A DNA stretch of 64,000 nt from Elusimicrobiota bacterium (GCA_040757695.1 JBFLWK010000004.1:11574-75573); one strand, 5' to 3'. Positions 45,073 to 54,356 are shown, counted from the first letter of the stretch. Notes: generated from the letters alone by a model not told the origin. Program-made: numbers and translations.

Positions 45073-46124
45073 AAACTGAAACATTGAACTTTTTTTTATC
45101 CGGGCTGAAAATACTTAATCTAAAACTTGCTCCACAACAAACTGAACAGTTTTCAATTTATTTAGACGAACTTAAAAAATGGAATGAACAATTCAACTTA
45201 ATAGGCCCTGCAACTGATGAAGAAATTGTCCAAAAACATTTTTTGGATTCGTTAAGTGTTCTTTTAGCATTCCCAACTGTCAACTGTCAACAGCCAACCG
45301 CTGTTCTTGATATTGGCACAGGTGCAGGTTTTCCAGGAATACCAGTCAAAATTGCAAGACCTGAAATTTTTTTAACACTGCTGGATTCATCAAAGAAAAA
45401 AACAGAGTTTTTAAGACATCTCTGTAAAAAACTGAATATCACTGCAGATATTATATGGGATAGAGCCGAAAGTATAGCCACCAAAACGACAAAGCGATAT
45501 GATATAATCATAACAAGGGCAGTCGCAAAATTGGCAAAAACAGAAAAATTGTGTCAGCCATTGTTAAATAAAGACGGGATTGTGCTGCTACTAATAAGCC
45601 AGAGAACAGATATAAAAAATATAAAAGGAGAGATTATGAAAAAATTTACGCCACCTGCTGAACTTCTACCAGGCAGAACGATTTTAGCAATCAGAAAACA
45701 AAAAAATGGGTTCACATTGATTGAAGTAATAATAGCAGTAGCGATTATCGCAATACTTGTGTCTGTTATATTTCCCAAATTTGCTGAAATGATGAGAAAA
45801 ACAAAAGAAGGATATACAAAAGGTGGACTGGGTAATCTAAGAAGTGCTATCGGGATTTATTATGGTGCAATGGAAGGTGTCTATCCATTAGAAGCAGATG
45901 CTTTTATGGGTAGAAAAGGTCCAATTCAAACAAAGTATCTGGAAAGCATGCCTACTGTTAAAATAGGGCTTTCCGCATATGAAGACACAGATGATATGGA
46001 CGATTTTGATGAAGGCGATAGTTTAACAGATTTAGGCAATTGGGGATATATTTCAACTATTGGGAGTGTTTTTGTTAACGCTAACAAAAAAGATACCAGA
46101 GGTGAATACATAAGCAGTTGGTAA
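45069..46124 (+). CDS. rsmG: 16S rRNA (guanine527-N7)-methyltransferase RsmG fused in frame to a type IV pilin-like domain
   Basis: RsmG part: DIGTGAGFPGIPVKI...ITRAVA. From about 45705: KNG/FTLIEVIIAVAIIAILVSVIFPKF, a prepilin motif with no intervening stop. Confidence 0.8.
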   Translation: MKTETLNFFLSGLKILNLKLAPQQTEQFSIYLDELKKWNEQFNLIGPATDEEIVQKHFLDSLSVLLAFPTVNCQQPTAVLDIGTGAGFPGIPVKIARPEIFLTLLDSSKKKTEFLRHLCKKLNITADIIWDRAESIATKTTKRYDIIITRAVAKLAKTEKLCQPLLNKDGIVLLLISQRTDIKNIKGEIMKKFTPPAELLPGRTILAIRKQKNGFTLIEVIIAVAIIAILVSVIFPKFAEMMRKTKEGYTKGGLGNLRSAIGIYYGAMEGVYPLEADAFMGRKGPIQTKYLESMPTVKIGLSAYEDTDDMDDFDEGDSLTDLGNWGYISTIGSVFVNANKKDTRGEYISSW

Positions 46125-46149
46125 AAAAGAAGTAAAAGTGGAATAGAAA

Positions 46150-46223
46150 GCGCCTATAGCTCAACTGGATAGAGCGTTTGGCTTCGAACCAAAATGTTGA
46201 GGGTTCAACTCCCCCTAGGCGCT
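46150..46223 (+). tRNA. tRNA-Arg(TCG)
   Basis: Acceptor GCGCCTA/TAGGCGC, anticodon loop CTTCGAA, T-loop GGTTCAACTCC. One T-stem mismatch. Confidence 0.85.
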
Positions 46224-46231
46224 AATTTCTA

Positions 46232-46567
46232 ATGGACATAAAGAGACGAAAATATCCAAGAATTGTTTATACAGCCGGTGTAGATATTTCTGATGTAACA
46301 AACCGTAAAATTTCATACAAAGGTATCATAAAAAATATAAGTTTAGGCGGACTTGCGATTGAAACAGAAAACGATTTACCAATAGGTGGTGAGTTACGAT
46401 TCGCATTTTTGCTGCCTAACAAAAAAAATATAACAACAATTGGAAAAGTACTCTGGGAATATAAAGATAAGGTCTCAAATTATTACGGTGTCCAATTCGT
46501 TTTGGTTGGTTTTTTTAGCAGACTGAAATTGAAACGGTTCATAAATAGTAATCTTCCAAAAACATGA
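46232..46567 (+). CDS. PilZ-domain protein
   Basis: RRKYPRI ... NISLGGLAIE (RxxxR / DxSxxG-type c-di-GMP motifs). Confidence 0.75.
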   Translation: MDIKRRKYPRIVYTAGVDISDVTNRKISYKGIIKNISLGGLAIETENDLPIGGELRFAFLLPNKKNITTIGKVLWEYKDKVSNYYGVQFVLVGFFSRLKLKRFINSNLPKT

Positions 46568-47445
46568 AAGTTAAACTGCTCTTTGTTATACTTTGGACAT
46601 CGCGCTTGTTTTCAGTTTATACTGCTGAACTTTCTACAAATAAATATACATTCATTGATTGGTCAGTCCCGTATATTATTGAAGAACTTAAATGTGACTA
46701 TGTTGTAGACGGCGATACACTAAAAACAGCAGACGGGCAGACGATTCGGATGCTTGGCGTGAACACGCCGGAAATAACACACCCATCATATCAAAAATAT
46801 GAAAATGAGCCCGGCGGCATTGAAGCTAAAGAGTTCGCAATAAAACAGTTAAAAGGCAAAGATATAATTTTGGTGATTGATAAAGAAAATACAAAATGTA
46901 TCTATGGCAGGATTTTAGGGCTTGTATTTTATACTGATGAAAACGGAAAACAGCGATGTTTCAACTGGGAACTGATAAAAACTGGTTTAGGCAGGGTTCT
47001 TATATATCCGGATAATCGGCTCTGTATAGAAGATGACTGGGATACAATGTCAGCCGCAACTTATAAAAAAATTCCGGATAATTTTTATACACTTGCCGAA
47101 CAATACTGCGCAGAAGGATTAGAAGAAGAGGCGGTTAAAATTTATCAGGCGGGTATAAAAAAATTTCCTTCCGAGATAGGATTTTACGAAGAACTTGCTA
47201 ATCTATATGATGTTTTGAACCTACCAGGACTGGAACTTGATGTATATCTTGCCTGTTTGGAAAAATATCCAGAGTTATTAGAGTTTCGCAGAAAACTTGC
47301 AATCGCATATGAAAAAATGATAAAAGCAGGCGGCTGGGTTTCTAAAAGTAACTATAAAGCCAAAGCGATTGACGAATGGAACAAACTTATAAATACAAAA
47401 TATGAAAAAGAAGCAAAATCGCATTTATCTATACTTGAAAAATAG
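46564..47445 (+). CDS. secreted thermonuclease (SNase)-like domain + TPR-like C-terminal region
   Basis: VVDGDTLKTADGQTIRMLGVNTPE and GRILGLVF motifs. Confidence 0.75.
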   Translation: MKVKLLFVILWTSRLFSVYTAELSTNKYTFIDWSVPYIIEELKCDYVVDGDTLKTADGQTIRMLGVNTPEITHPSYQKYENEPGGIEAKEFAIKQLKGKDIILVIDKENTKCIYGRILGLVFYTDENGKQRCFNWELIKTGLGRVLIYPDNRLCIEDDWDTMSAATYKKIPDNFYTLAEQYCAEGLEEEAVKIYQAGIKKFPSEIGFYEELANLYDVLNLPGLELDVYLACLEKYPELLEFRRKLAIAYEKMIKAGGWVSKSNYKAKAIDEWNKLINTKYEKEAKSHLSILEK

Positions 47446-47465
47446 AAAAACGGAGGGTCAAGACC

Positions 47466-47885
47466 ATGGCGGATGTAAAATACAAAAGAAGACAGGTGCT
47501 TATTGATAAACGGATGCAGTTAAAATATGCTTTTATGATTGGTGGTGTATTAGTGGTTATGCTTCTTCTTGTAGAATATCATACCTATCTTACAATTCAA
47601 TCCATTCTGCCGAACATTCTGTCTTCCACAATTGGCAAACAAATAAAACAGATTCATTTATGGCTTGCAATCAACAGTTTGATTTACATTGTTTTTGTGG
47701 CTGTTGTCTCTATTTATATTTCTCATAAGATTGCCGGTCCTGTTTTTAAGTTAAAAAAACAGATAAGAGAAATCATAAATTCAGGTGATACAAGCAGAAA
47801 AATTTTTGTAAGAAAAGGTGACGAATTGCAGGATCTTGTTGCAGTAATAAACGAACTGCTTGAGAAAGCGAGTATGAAAAAATGA
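47466..47885 (+). CDS. small two-TM protein with HAMP-like linker
   Basis: KRRQVLIDKRMQLKY, two TM helices, then HKIAGPVFKLKKQIREI. Confidence 0.5.
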   Translation: MADVKYKRRQVLIDKRMQLKYAFMIGGVLVVMLLLVEYHTYLTIQSILPNILSSTIGKQIKQIHLWLAINSLIYIVFVAVVSIYISHKIAGPVFKLKKQIREIINSGDTSRKIFVRKGDELQDLVAVINELLEKASMKK

Positions 47886-48883
47886 AAGCACTTGTGACGG
47901 GCGCAACCGGTTTTTTGGGTAGTACTCTTGTTAAAACACTACTTAAAAAAAATTGTTCAATAAAATGTCTCGTCAGAAATCCGAAAAAACTTAAATGGCT
48001 TGAAACACTACCTGTTGAGATTGCCGAGTTGCCAGTTGAGATTGTAGTTGGTGATTGTTTGGATAGTTCGTCGCTTGATTTTGCAGTTACTGATGTTGAT
48101 TATGTTTTTCACTGTGCAGGACTTGTAAGAGCAATAAAGCCCGACGACCTCTATCTAACAAATGTTAGAGGAACAAAAAATCTTATTGAGAAAGTTTTAG
48201 ACAAAAATCCAAACCTGAAAAGATTCGTTTATGTCTCTTCACAGGCGGCTGCCGGTCCGTCAGAAGAAGGAAGACGAAAAACGGAAGACGAGCCGGCAAA
48301 TCCAGTTTCGCATTATGGATATTCTAAACTTTTGGGTGAACTGGAAGTTAAAAAATATAATGAAAAATTACCGGTGACCATTTTAAGACCTTCGGTGATT
48401 TATGGACCGCAAGACAAAGATGTTTTTGTTTTTTTTAAGTTCGCCCAAAAAGGAATCCTGCCAATCCCTGAAGAAGAAAAATATATCAGTATAAGTTTTG
48501 TATCCGATATTGTAGACGGGCTGATTTCATCTGCGTTAAGTGATATAGCAAAAAATAAAACATATTTTATAGGTGATGATACTGTTTTTTCATTAACCGA
48601 GTTTTGTCTTCTTCTAAAAAGAATAATAAATCCAGAGACAAAAATAATACAAACCCCGTATTTTTTGTATTGGCTGTCCGCATTTTTTTCAGAACTTTCA
48701 GCAAAACTTACAAATAAACCCGCTGTTCTATCTTTTGATAAACTAAAAGAAATAAAACAAAAAAACTGGCTGTTCTCAGCAGCAAAAGCAGAATCTGATT
48801 TTGGTTATTTACCAAAAATTTCACTTGACGAAGGTATAAAAATTACATATAACTGGTATAAAAAAGAAGGCTGGCTAAAATGA
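47882..48883 (+). CDS. NAD-dependent epimerase/dehydratase (extended SDR)
   Basis: VTGATGFLGS Rossmann motif and YGYSK catalytic motif. Confidence 0.85.
   Translation: MKALVTGATGFLGSTLVKTLLKKNCSIKCLVRNPKKLKWLETLPVEIAELPVEIVVGDCLDSSSLDFAVTDVDYVFHCAGLVRAIKPDDLYLTNVRGTKNLIEKVLDKNPNLKRFVYVSSQAAAGPSEEGRRKTEDEPANPVSHYGYSKLLGELEVKKYNEKLPVTILRPSVIYGPQDKDVFVFFKFAQKGILPIPEEEKYISISFVSDIVDGLISSALSDIAKNKTYFIGDDTVFSLTEFCLLLKRIINPETKIIQTPYFLYWLSAFFSELSAKLTNKPAVLSFDKLKEIKQKNWLFSAAKAESDFGYLPKISLDEGIKITYNWYKKEGWLK
48011..48044 (+). repeat. 21-nt in-frame tandem duplication in the SDR gene
   Basis: GTTGAGATTG at 48014 and 48035. Encodes LPVEIAELPVEIV. Confidence 0.8.
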
Positions 48884-49929
48884 AACAATACAATGTTGCG
48901 GTTGTCGGCGCGACAGGTGCTGTCGGGATTGAGATGGTTAAGATGCTAGAGAAAAGGGATTTTCCCGTCGGGAATCTTTATCTTTTCGCATCTTCAAGAA
49001 CCGCCGGCCAGAAATTAAAATTCAAAAATAAAGAGATTATCGTTGAGGATATCAACAAAATCAATGACTACTCGCTACTCGCTACTCGCTACTCGCTTAA
49101 CCTTGCACTCTTCTCTGCAGGTGCTTTCGTCTCAAAAGAATGGGCACCGCGGTTTGCCGAGCAGAATATCTTTGTGATTGATAATTCGTCTTGTTTCCGT
49201 ATGGAAAAGGATGTCCCGCTGGTTGTTCCGGAAGTCAACCCACACACGCTCTCAAAATCTCAAAAAATTATCGCAAATCCGAATTGCTCAACAATCCAGA
49301 TGGTCGTCGTGTTAAAACCACTACACGATGCTGCTAAAATCAGAAGAATAATCGTGGCAACATATCAGGCAGTTTCAGGTGCCGGTGGCAGAGCATTAGA
49401 TGAATTTCAGCGGCAAATAATGGCTTGGTCAAAAAACGAACCAATCCCGCCAGCAGAAAAACTGCCATACCGGATTGCGTTTAATGTGATTCCGCAGATT
49501 GATATTTTTTTAGAGAATGGTGGAGGATACACTAAAGAAGAGATGAAAATGGTTAACGAGACAAAAAAAATACTTGAAGACAATACTAGTACTATAAAAA
49601 TTTCTGCTACTTGTGTTCGTGTCCCGGTTATGCGGGGGCATTCAGAAGCGGTCTGGATAGAGACATCTGAAAAACTTACACCACAGGATGTACGGGATAT
49701 TCTGAAAAATGCGGAAGGTGTCGTTGTTGTAGACGACCCGGCACAGAAAAAATATCCGATGCCGATTGATGCCGATGGAAGACAGATGACTTTTGTCGGG
49801 CGTATTCGGAAAGATATTTCATCAGAGTATGGGCTTGCTTTCTGGATAGTGTCGGATAATTTACTAAAAGGCGCTGCACTTAATGCTGTCCAGATTGCCG
49901 AAACGCTTGTATCTAAAAAGTTTTTATGA
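48880..49929 (+). CDS. asd: aspartate-semialdehyde dehydrogenase
   Basis: VAVVGATGAVG, IANPNCSTIQ and SGAG motifs. Confidence 0.93.
   Translation: MKQYNVAVVGATGAVGIEMVKMLEKRDFPVGNLYLFASSRTAGQKLKFKNKEIIVEDINKINDYSLLATRYSLNLALFSAGAFVSKEWAPRFAEQNIFVIDNSSCFRMEKDVPLVVPEVNPHTLSKSQKIIANPNCSTIQMVVVLKPLHDAAKIRRIIVATYQAVSGAGGRALDEFQRQIMAWSKNEPIPPAEKLPYRIAFNVIPQIDIFLENGGGYTKEEMKMVNETKKILEDNTSTIKISATCVRVPVMRGHSEAVWIETSEKLTPQDVRDILKNAEGVVVVDDPAQKKYPMPIDADGRQMTFVGRIRKDISSEYGLAFWIVSDNLLKGAALNAVQIAETLVSKKFL
49068..49095 (+). repeat. CTACTCG heptamer x4 inside asd
   Basis: CTACTCG x4 encodes ...DYSLLATRYSL... Confidence 0.9.
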
Positions 49930-51926
49930 AAAAAATTGGCGTGTTTGTCTGTCATTGTGGAATAAATATCGCTCAAACGGTGGATATTGAAAAAGTTGTC
50001 CAATCTCTAAAGTCACAAGTCCAGTTTATCACCGACTATAAATATCTCTGCTCGGACCCCGGTCAGGATATTGTAAAAAATGCAGTTAAAGAATATCAAC
50101 TTGAATGCGTTGTGATTGCTGCATGCTCGCCAACACTTCACGAAAACACTTTCCGTCGGGCAGTTTCATCAGTTGGGCTTAATCCATATCTCTGTGAAAT
50201 TGCAAATATCAGAGAACAATGCTCGTGGGTGCATAAAGAAAAAAATGTTGCGACTGAAAAAGCAATCAAAATTATAAAATCAATAACTGCAAAAACAAAA
50301 CTTAATCTATCACTTTCTGAAATAAAAGTGCCTGTTACAAAACGGGCATTAGTTATCGGCGGTGGGATTGCAGGAATACAGTCGGCAATAGATATTGCAA
50401 ACAGTGGCTACGAGGTAATTCTTGTAGAAAAATCAGCATCTATCGGTGGCAGAATGGCGCAACTTTCTGAAACATTCCCAACACTAGATTGCTCTCAATG
50501 TATCCTTACACCAAAAATGGTAGAATGTGAACAGCATCCAAAAATTAAACTTTATACCTACTCTGAAATAGAAGAAGTCAAAGGATATGTTGGCAATTTT
50601 GAAGTAAAAATCAAACAAAAGGCGGCATGTCTTGACAGGAAAAAATGTACAGGCTGCGGACTCTGTATAGAAAAATGTCCTGTAAAAATTCTGTCTGAGT
50701 TTGATGCTGGGCTCGGTAAAAGGAAGGCAATCTATACACTATTTCCACAAGCGGTTCCTAATAAACCGGTAATTGATAAGGAGCATTGTTTGTATTTGAA
50801 AACGCGAATGAACACGAATGAAAAAAACGCGAACGAACGCGAATCAAAAGGGAAGTGTAGAGTTTGTGAGAGAATTTGTCCTGCAGGTGCGATTGATTTT
50901 ACCCAGCAGGATATTTTTAGTACTGAAAAAGTCGGTGCAATTGTCGTTGCTACCGGTTTTGATTTATTCCCGAAAGAAAACATTGGCGAGTACGGCTATG
51001 GAAAATATCCGGATGTTATAGATGGTTTGCAATTTGAACGACTACTTTCTGCTTCAGGTCCGACAAAAGGCGAAGTTTTACGCCCGTCTGACAGTAAAAT
51101 TCCACAAAAAATCGTCTTTATACAATGCGCTGGTTCACGTGATACCGAAAATGGCGTGCCTTATTGCTCAAAAATATGCTGTATGTATACTGCGAAACAT
51201 GCAACACTTTACAAACATAGAGTCCATAACGGGCAGGCGTACATTTTTTATATTGATATTCGGTCAGGCGGTAAGGGCTATGAAGAATTTGTCCAGCGAG
51301 TTCAGGAACAAGATAGAGTAACATATTACAGAGGAAAGGTCTCAAAAGTTTTTCAGGATGACGGCGAAATGGTTGTCAAAGGTGTTGATACTTTATCAGG
51401 TCTGCCAATAGAAATTTCAGCAGATATGGTTGTTCTTGCAACTGCGATTGTTTCTAACCAAAACGCAAAAGAATTAGCTAAAAAACTAAAAACTAATATT
51501 GATCAAAATGGGTTTTTAACAGAAGCACATCCAAAATTAAGACCTGTAGAATCGTTAACAGCAGGTGTTTTTCTTGCTGGCTGTGCTCAAGCACCCAAAG
51601 ATATTCCTGAGACAGTTGCGCAAGCATCCGCGAGTGCTGGTAAGGTTGCTTCATTATTTTCTGCTGATAAACTTTCACACGAGCCTACAGTTGCCAAGGT
51701 TGATGAAGAAAAATGTAGTGGATGTAGGATTTGTATATCGGTCTGTCCCTACGATGCCCGTGAATATGAGGAAGAGGGGGGGAAGAAAATTGTCAAAGTG
51801 AATGAAGTGCTCTGTGAAGGTTGTGGTAGTTGCGTATCTGCCTGTCCATCTGGTGCAACTACACAATGTAACTTAACTGATGAGCAAATATTTGCAATGA
51901 CGGAAGCGGTCTTAATGAGAACTTGA
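49926..51926 (+). CDS. hdrA: heterodisulfide reductase subunit A-like FAD/FeS protein
   Basis: GVFVCHCGINIA, VIGGGIAGIQSA and several CxxCxxCxxxCP motifs. Confidence 0.88.
   Translation: MKKIGVFVCHCGINIAQTVDIEKVVQSLKSQVQFITDYKYLCSDPGQDIVKNAVKEYQLECVVIAACSPTLHENTFRRAVSSVGLNPYLCEIANIREQCSWVHKEKNVATEKAIKIIKSITAKTKLNLSLSEIKVPVTKRALVIGGGIAGIQSAIDIANSGYEVILVEKSASIGGRMAQLSETFPTLDCSQCILTPKMVECEQHPKIKLYTYSEIEEVKGYVGNFEVKIKQKAACLDRKKCTGCGLCIEKCPVKILSEFDAGLGKRKAIYTLFPQAVPNKPVIDKEHCLYLKTRMNTNEKNANERESKGKCRVCERICPAGAIDFTQQDIFSTEKVGAIVVATGFDLFPKENIGEYGYGKYPDVIDGLQFERLLSASGPTKGEVLRPSDSKIPQKIVFIQCAGSRDTENGVPYCSKICCMYTAKHATLYKHRVHNGQAYIFYIDIRSGGKGYEEFVQRVQEQDRVTYYRGKVSKVFQDDGEMVVKGVDTLSGLPIEISADMVVLATAIVSNQNAKELAKKLKTNIDQNGFLTEAHPKLRPVESLTAGVFLAGCAQAPKDIPETVAQASASAGKVASLFSADKLSHEPTVAKVDEEKCSGCRICISVCPYDAREYEEEGGKKIVKVNEVLCEGCGSCVSACPSGATTQCNLTDEQIFAMTEAVLMRT
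50801..50845 (+). repeat. ACGCGAAT/ACACGAAT unit block inserted in frame in hdrA
   Basis: AACGCGAATGAACACGAATGAAAAAAACGCGAACGAACGCGAATC encodes RMNTNEKNANERES. Same unit type as the intergenic hairpin arms. Confidence 0.85.
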
Positions 51927-51951
51927 CAAATAGCATTACTTTTTGTATATT
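51923..51951 (+). promoter_or_regulatory. consensus promoter placed for a leaderless transcript of the AAA ATPase gene
   Basis: TTGACA (overlaps the hdrA stop), 17-nt spacer, TATATT. ATG 51958 lies 6 nt after the -10. Confidence 0.5.
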
Positions 51952-51957
51952 AATAAT

Positions 51958-53139
51958 ATGCTTTTAGAAAGAAAACTTTACAGACCGATACAAGCTTATA
52001 TAGATTCAAAAGAAGCAATAATTATCACTGGTATGCGGAGAACCGGGAAAACCTCATTACTCCGTTTTATTTACGAACGGATATCTTCATCAAATAAAAT
52101 TTTTTTGGATTTAGAAAATCCGCTGAATCAGAAATATTTTGAAGAGACAAATTACGAGAGGATAAAATCAACCCTTGAATTTTTGGGTTTGAATTTTACG
52201 CAAAAAGCGTATCTCTTTTTAGATGAAATTCAGCTGGTGAAGAATCTCCCCCGAGTGGTGAAATATCTGATTGACCATTATAAAATAAAATGTTTTCTGA
52301 CTGGTTCGGCAAGTTTTTATTTAAAAAATTTATTTACCGAATCGCTTGTGGGAAGAAAATATATCTTTGAACTTTTCCCGTTAGATTTTGAAGAATTCTT
52401 ATTGTTTAAAAATAGCAAAATCAAACTTCCCGACAGAAAAAGTAGAATTACTCGCCCCATTTTTGATACAATCTCAAATTTGTATGATGAATATATTTAT
52501 TATGGTGGTTTCCCAGAAGTTGTCTTAAAAACAAATTTTGAGGAAAAGAAAAAATCATTAGAAGACATTTTTACTTCTTACTTCCAATTAGAAGTCCTCA
52601 GATTGGGAGATTTCAGAAAGAATGAAGTTATTCGTGATTTAATCCTCCTTTTGATGGAAAGAGTTGGTTGGAAACTGGACATTAATAAAATTTCGTCCGA
52701 GTTAGGTATTTCAAGGATTACAGTTATGCAGTATATTTCATTTTTAGAAGGGACTTATTTTATTAAACTGGTGAAACCATTTTCCAGAAACCGAGATACA
52801 GAAATTAGAAAGATGCCTAAAGTATATTCTTGTGACTCTGGATTAGTTAACCATTTTTCTAAAATAAGCGAAGGGAATTTATTTGAAAGCAGTATATTTC
52901 AGAATTTGCGGATGCGTGGAGAGATAAATTATTATCAGAAAAAAAGTGGAGTTGAGATAGATTTTATCTTAAATAAAGAAATAGGTATTGAAGTTAAAAT
53001 AAAGCCGACCGAAAATGATGTCAGAAGATTAGAGAAAATAAGTAAAAAAATAAGGTTAAAGAAGTTTAAAATTTTTACCAGGAATTATCCTTCAAATTTA
53101 GATAAAATGAAAAATGTAGAATTCGGTTTCTTCATTTAG
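51958..53139 (+). CDS. AAA-family ATPase with DUF4143-type C-terminal domain
   Basis: ITGMRRTGKTS Walker A and LFLDEIQ Walker B. This architecture is typical of the AAA_14/DUF4143 family. Confidence 0.8.
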   Translation: MLLERKLYRPIQAYIDSKEAIIITGMRRTGKTSLLRFIYERISSSNKIFLDLENPLNQKYFEETNYERIKSTLEFLGLNFTQKAYLFLDEIQLVKNLPRVVKYLIDHYKIKCFLTGSASFYLKNLFTESLVGRKYIFELFPLDFEEFLLFKNSKIKLPDRKSRITRPIFDTISNLYDEYIYYGGFPEVVLKTNFEEKKKSLEDIFTSYFQLEVLRLGDFRKNEVIRDLILLLMERVGWKLDINKISSELGISRITVMQYISFLEGTYFIKLVKPFSRNRDTEIRKMPKVYSCDSGLVNHFSKISEGNLFESSIFQNLRMRGEINYYQKKSGVEIDFILNKEIGIEVKIKPTENDVRRLEKISKKIRLKKFKIFTRNYPSNLDKMKNVEFGFFI

Positions 53140-53156
53140 AGGAAAATTCAAAATTT

Positions 53157-53546
53157 ATGAACTGCGAACCAAGAATAATTTGTTTCTTATGTAAATGGTG
53201 TACATATGCGGGTGCGGATTTGGCAGGAACTACCCGTATGGAGTATTTACCAAATGGTATAATTATCCGAGTGAACTGCTCAAGCCGGATTGACCCTGAA
53301 CATATTTTATGGGCTTTTAAGAATGGTGCAGATGGCGTGTTTGTCGGCGGATGTCATCCAGGTGATTGCCACTACCAAAATGGGAATTATAAAACATTAC
53401 GCCGAATTATACTATTGAAAAAACTGCTAAAACAAACTGGAATTGACGAAAGAAAATTGCGTTTGGAGTGGATTTCAGCATCCGAATCCCAAAAATTTGT
53501 AAATACAATCAACGAGTTCACAACAGAGATAAAAAAGTTGAAATAA
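53157..53546 (+). CDS. mvhD: methyl-viologen-reducing hydrogenase delta subunit (MvhD)-like protein
   Basis: FLCKWCTYAGADLAG and GCHPGDCHY motifs. Confidence 0.88.
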   Translation: MNCEPRIICFLCKWCTYAGADLAGTTRMEYLPNGIIIRVNCSSRIDPEHILWAFKNGADGVFVGGCHPGDCHYQNGNYKTLRRIILLKKLLKQTGIDERKLRLEWISASESQKFVNTINEFTTEIKKLK

Positions 53547-53591
53547 ACTTTTCGCGTTAGCGACAACATGAAAACATTATGGAGGAAAATC

Positions 53592-54317
53592 ATGCCAAAA
53601 ACAAAACTGACTAAACGAACTCAACCAACTCAACCGACGCAACTGTCAACCATTTACATTATGGGAAAAAAATATGAAGTGCCGAAGGACTTAACAATTA
53701 TGAAAGCGATTGAATACGCTGGCTACCAACTCATTCGTGGCTGTGGCTGCCGTGGTGGTTTTTGTGGTGCCTGTGGCACAATTTATCGGACTAAAAATGA
53801 TTACAAAATTAAAGTAGGGCTTGCCTGTCAAACAGTTGTTGAAGATGGAATGTATTTAGCACAGATTCCATTTTTTCCTGTTAAAAAACCGGAATACAAT
53901 ATTGACAAATTACAGCCAACCGCAGAGACAATTTTCCAAATTTTTCCTGAGATTATGCGATGCCTTTCCTGTAATACCTGCACAAAAGCATGTCCGCAGG
54001 ATATCAATGTGATGGACTATATTCAATCAATAATTCAGGGTGATATTCCAAAAGCGGCAGATTTGTCTTTTGACTGCCTTATGTGTGGATTGTGTGCGTT
54101 GCGTTGCCCAGGTGAAATCAGTCAGTTTCAGTCGGCAATTTTAGCCCGTCGGCTTTTTGCAAAATATCTGCAACCGAAAGCAAAACATCTTTCTGTGCGG
54201 CTTAAAGAAATGTCAGACGGTAAATTTGACGATGAAATAAAAAAAATTATGCAACTGAACATAGAAGAATTGAAAAAAATGTATAACCAACGAGAAATAG
54301 AACCCGAAGAACTGTAA
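53592..54317 (+). CDS. SdhB/FrdB-like iron-sulfur protein ([2Fe-2S] + 2 cubane motifs)
   Basis: CRGGFCGAC (Cx4Cx2C), CLSCNTCTKACP and CLMCGLCALRCP. GGAGG SD before ATG 53592. Confidence 0.75.
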   Translation: MPKTKLTKRTQPTQPTQLSTIYIMGKKYEVPKDLTIMKAIEYAGYQLIRGCGCRGGFCGACGTIYRTKNDYKIKVGLACQTVVEDGMYLAQIPFFPVKKPEYNIDKLQPTAETIFQIFPEIMRCLSCNTCTKACPQDINVMDYIQSIIQGDIPKAADLSFDCLMCGLCALRCPGEISQFQSAILARRLFAKYLQPKAKHLSVRLKEMSDGKFDDEIKKIMQLNIEELKKMYNQREIEPEEL

Positions 54318-54356
54318 TAACAAAATAATTGCACTGAATACAAAGTTCTTGAAAGT

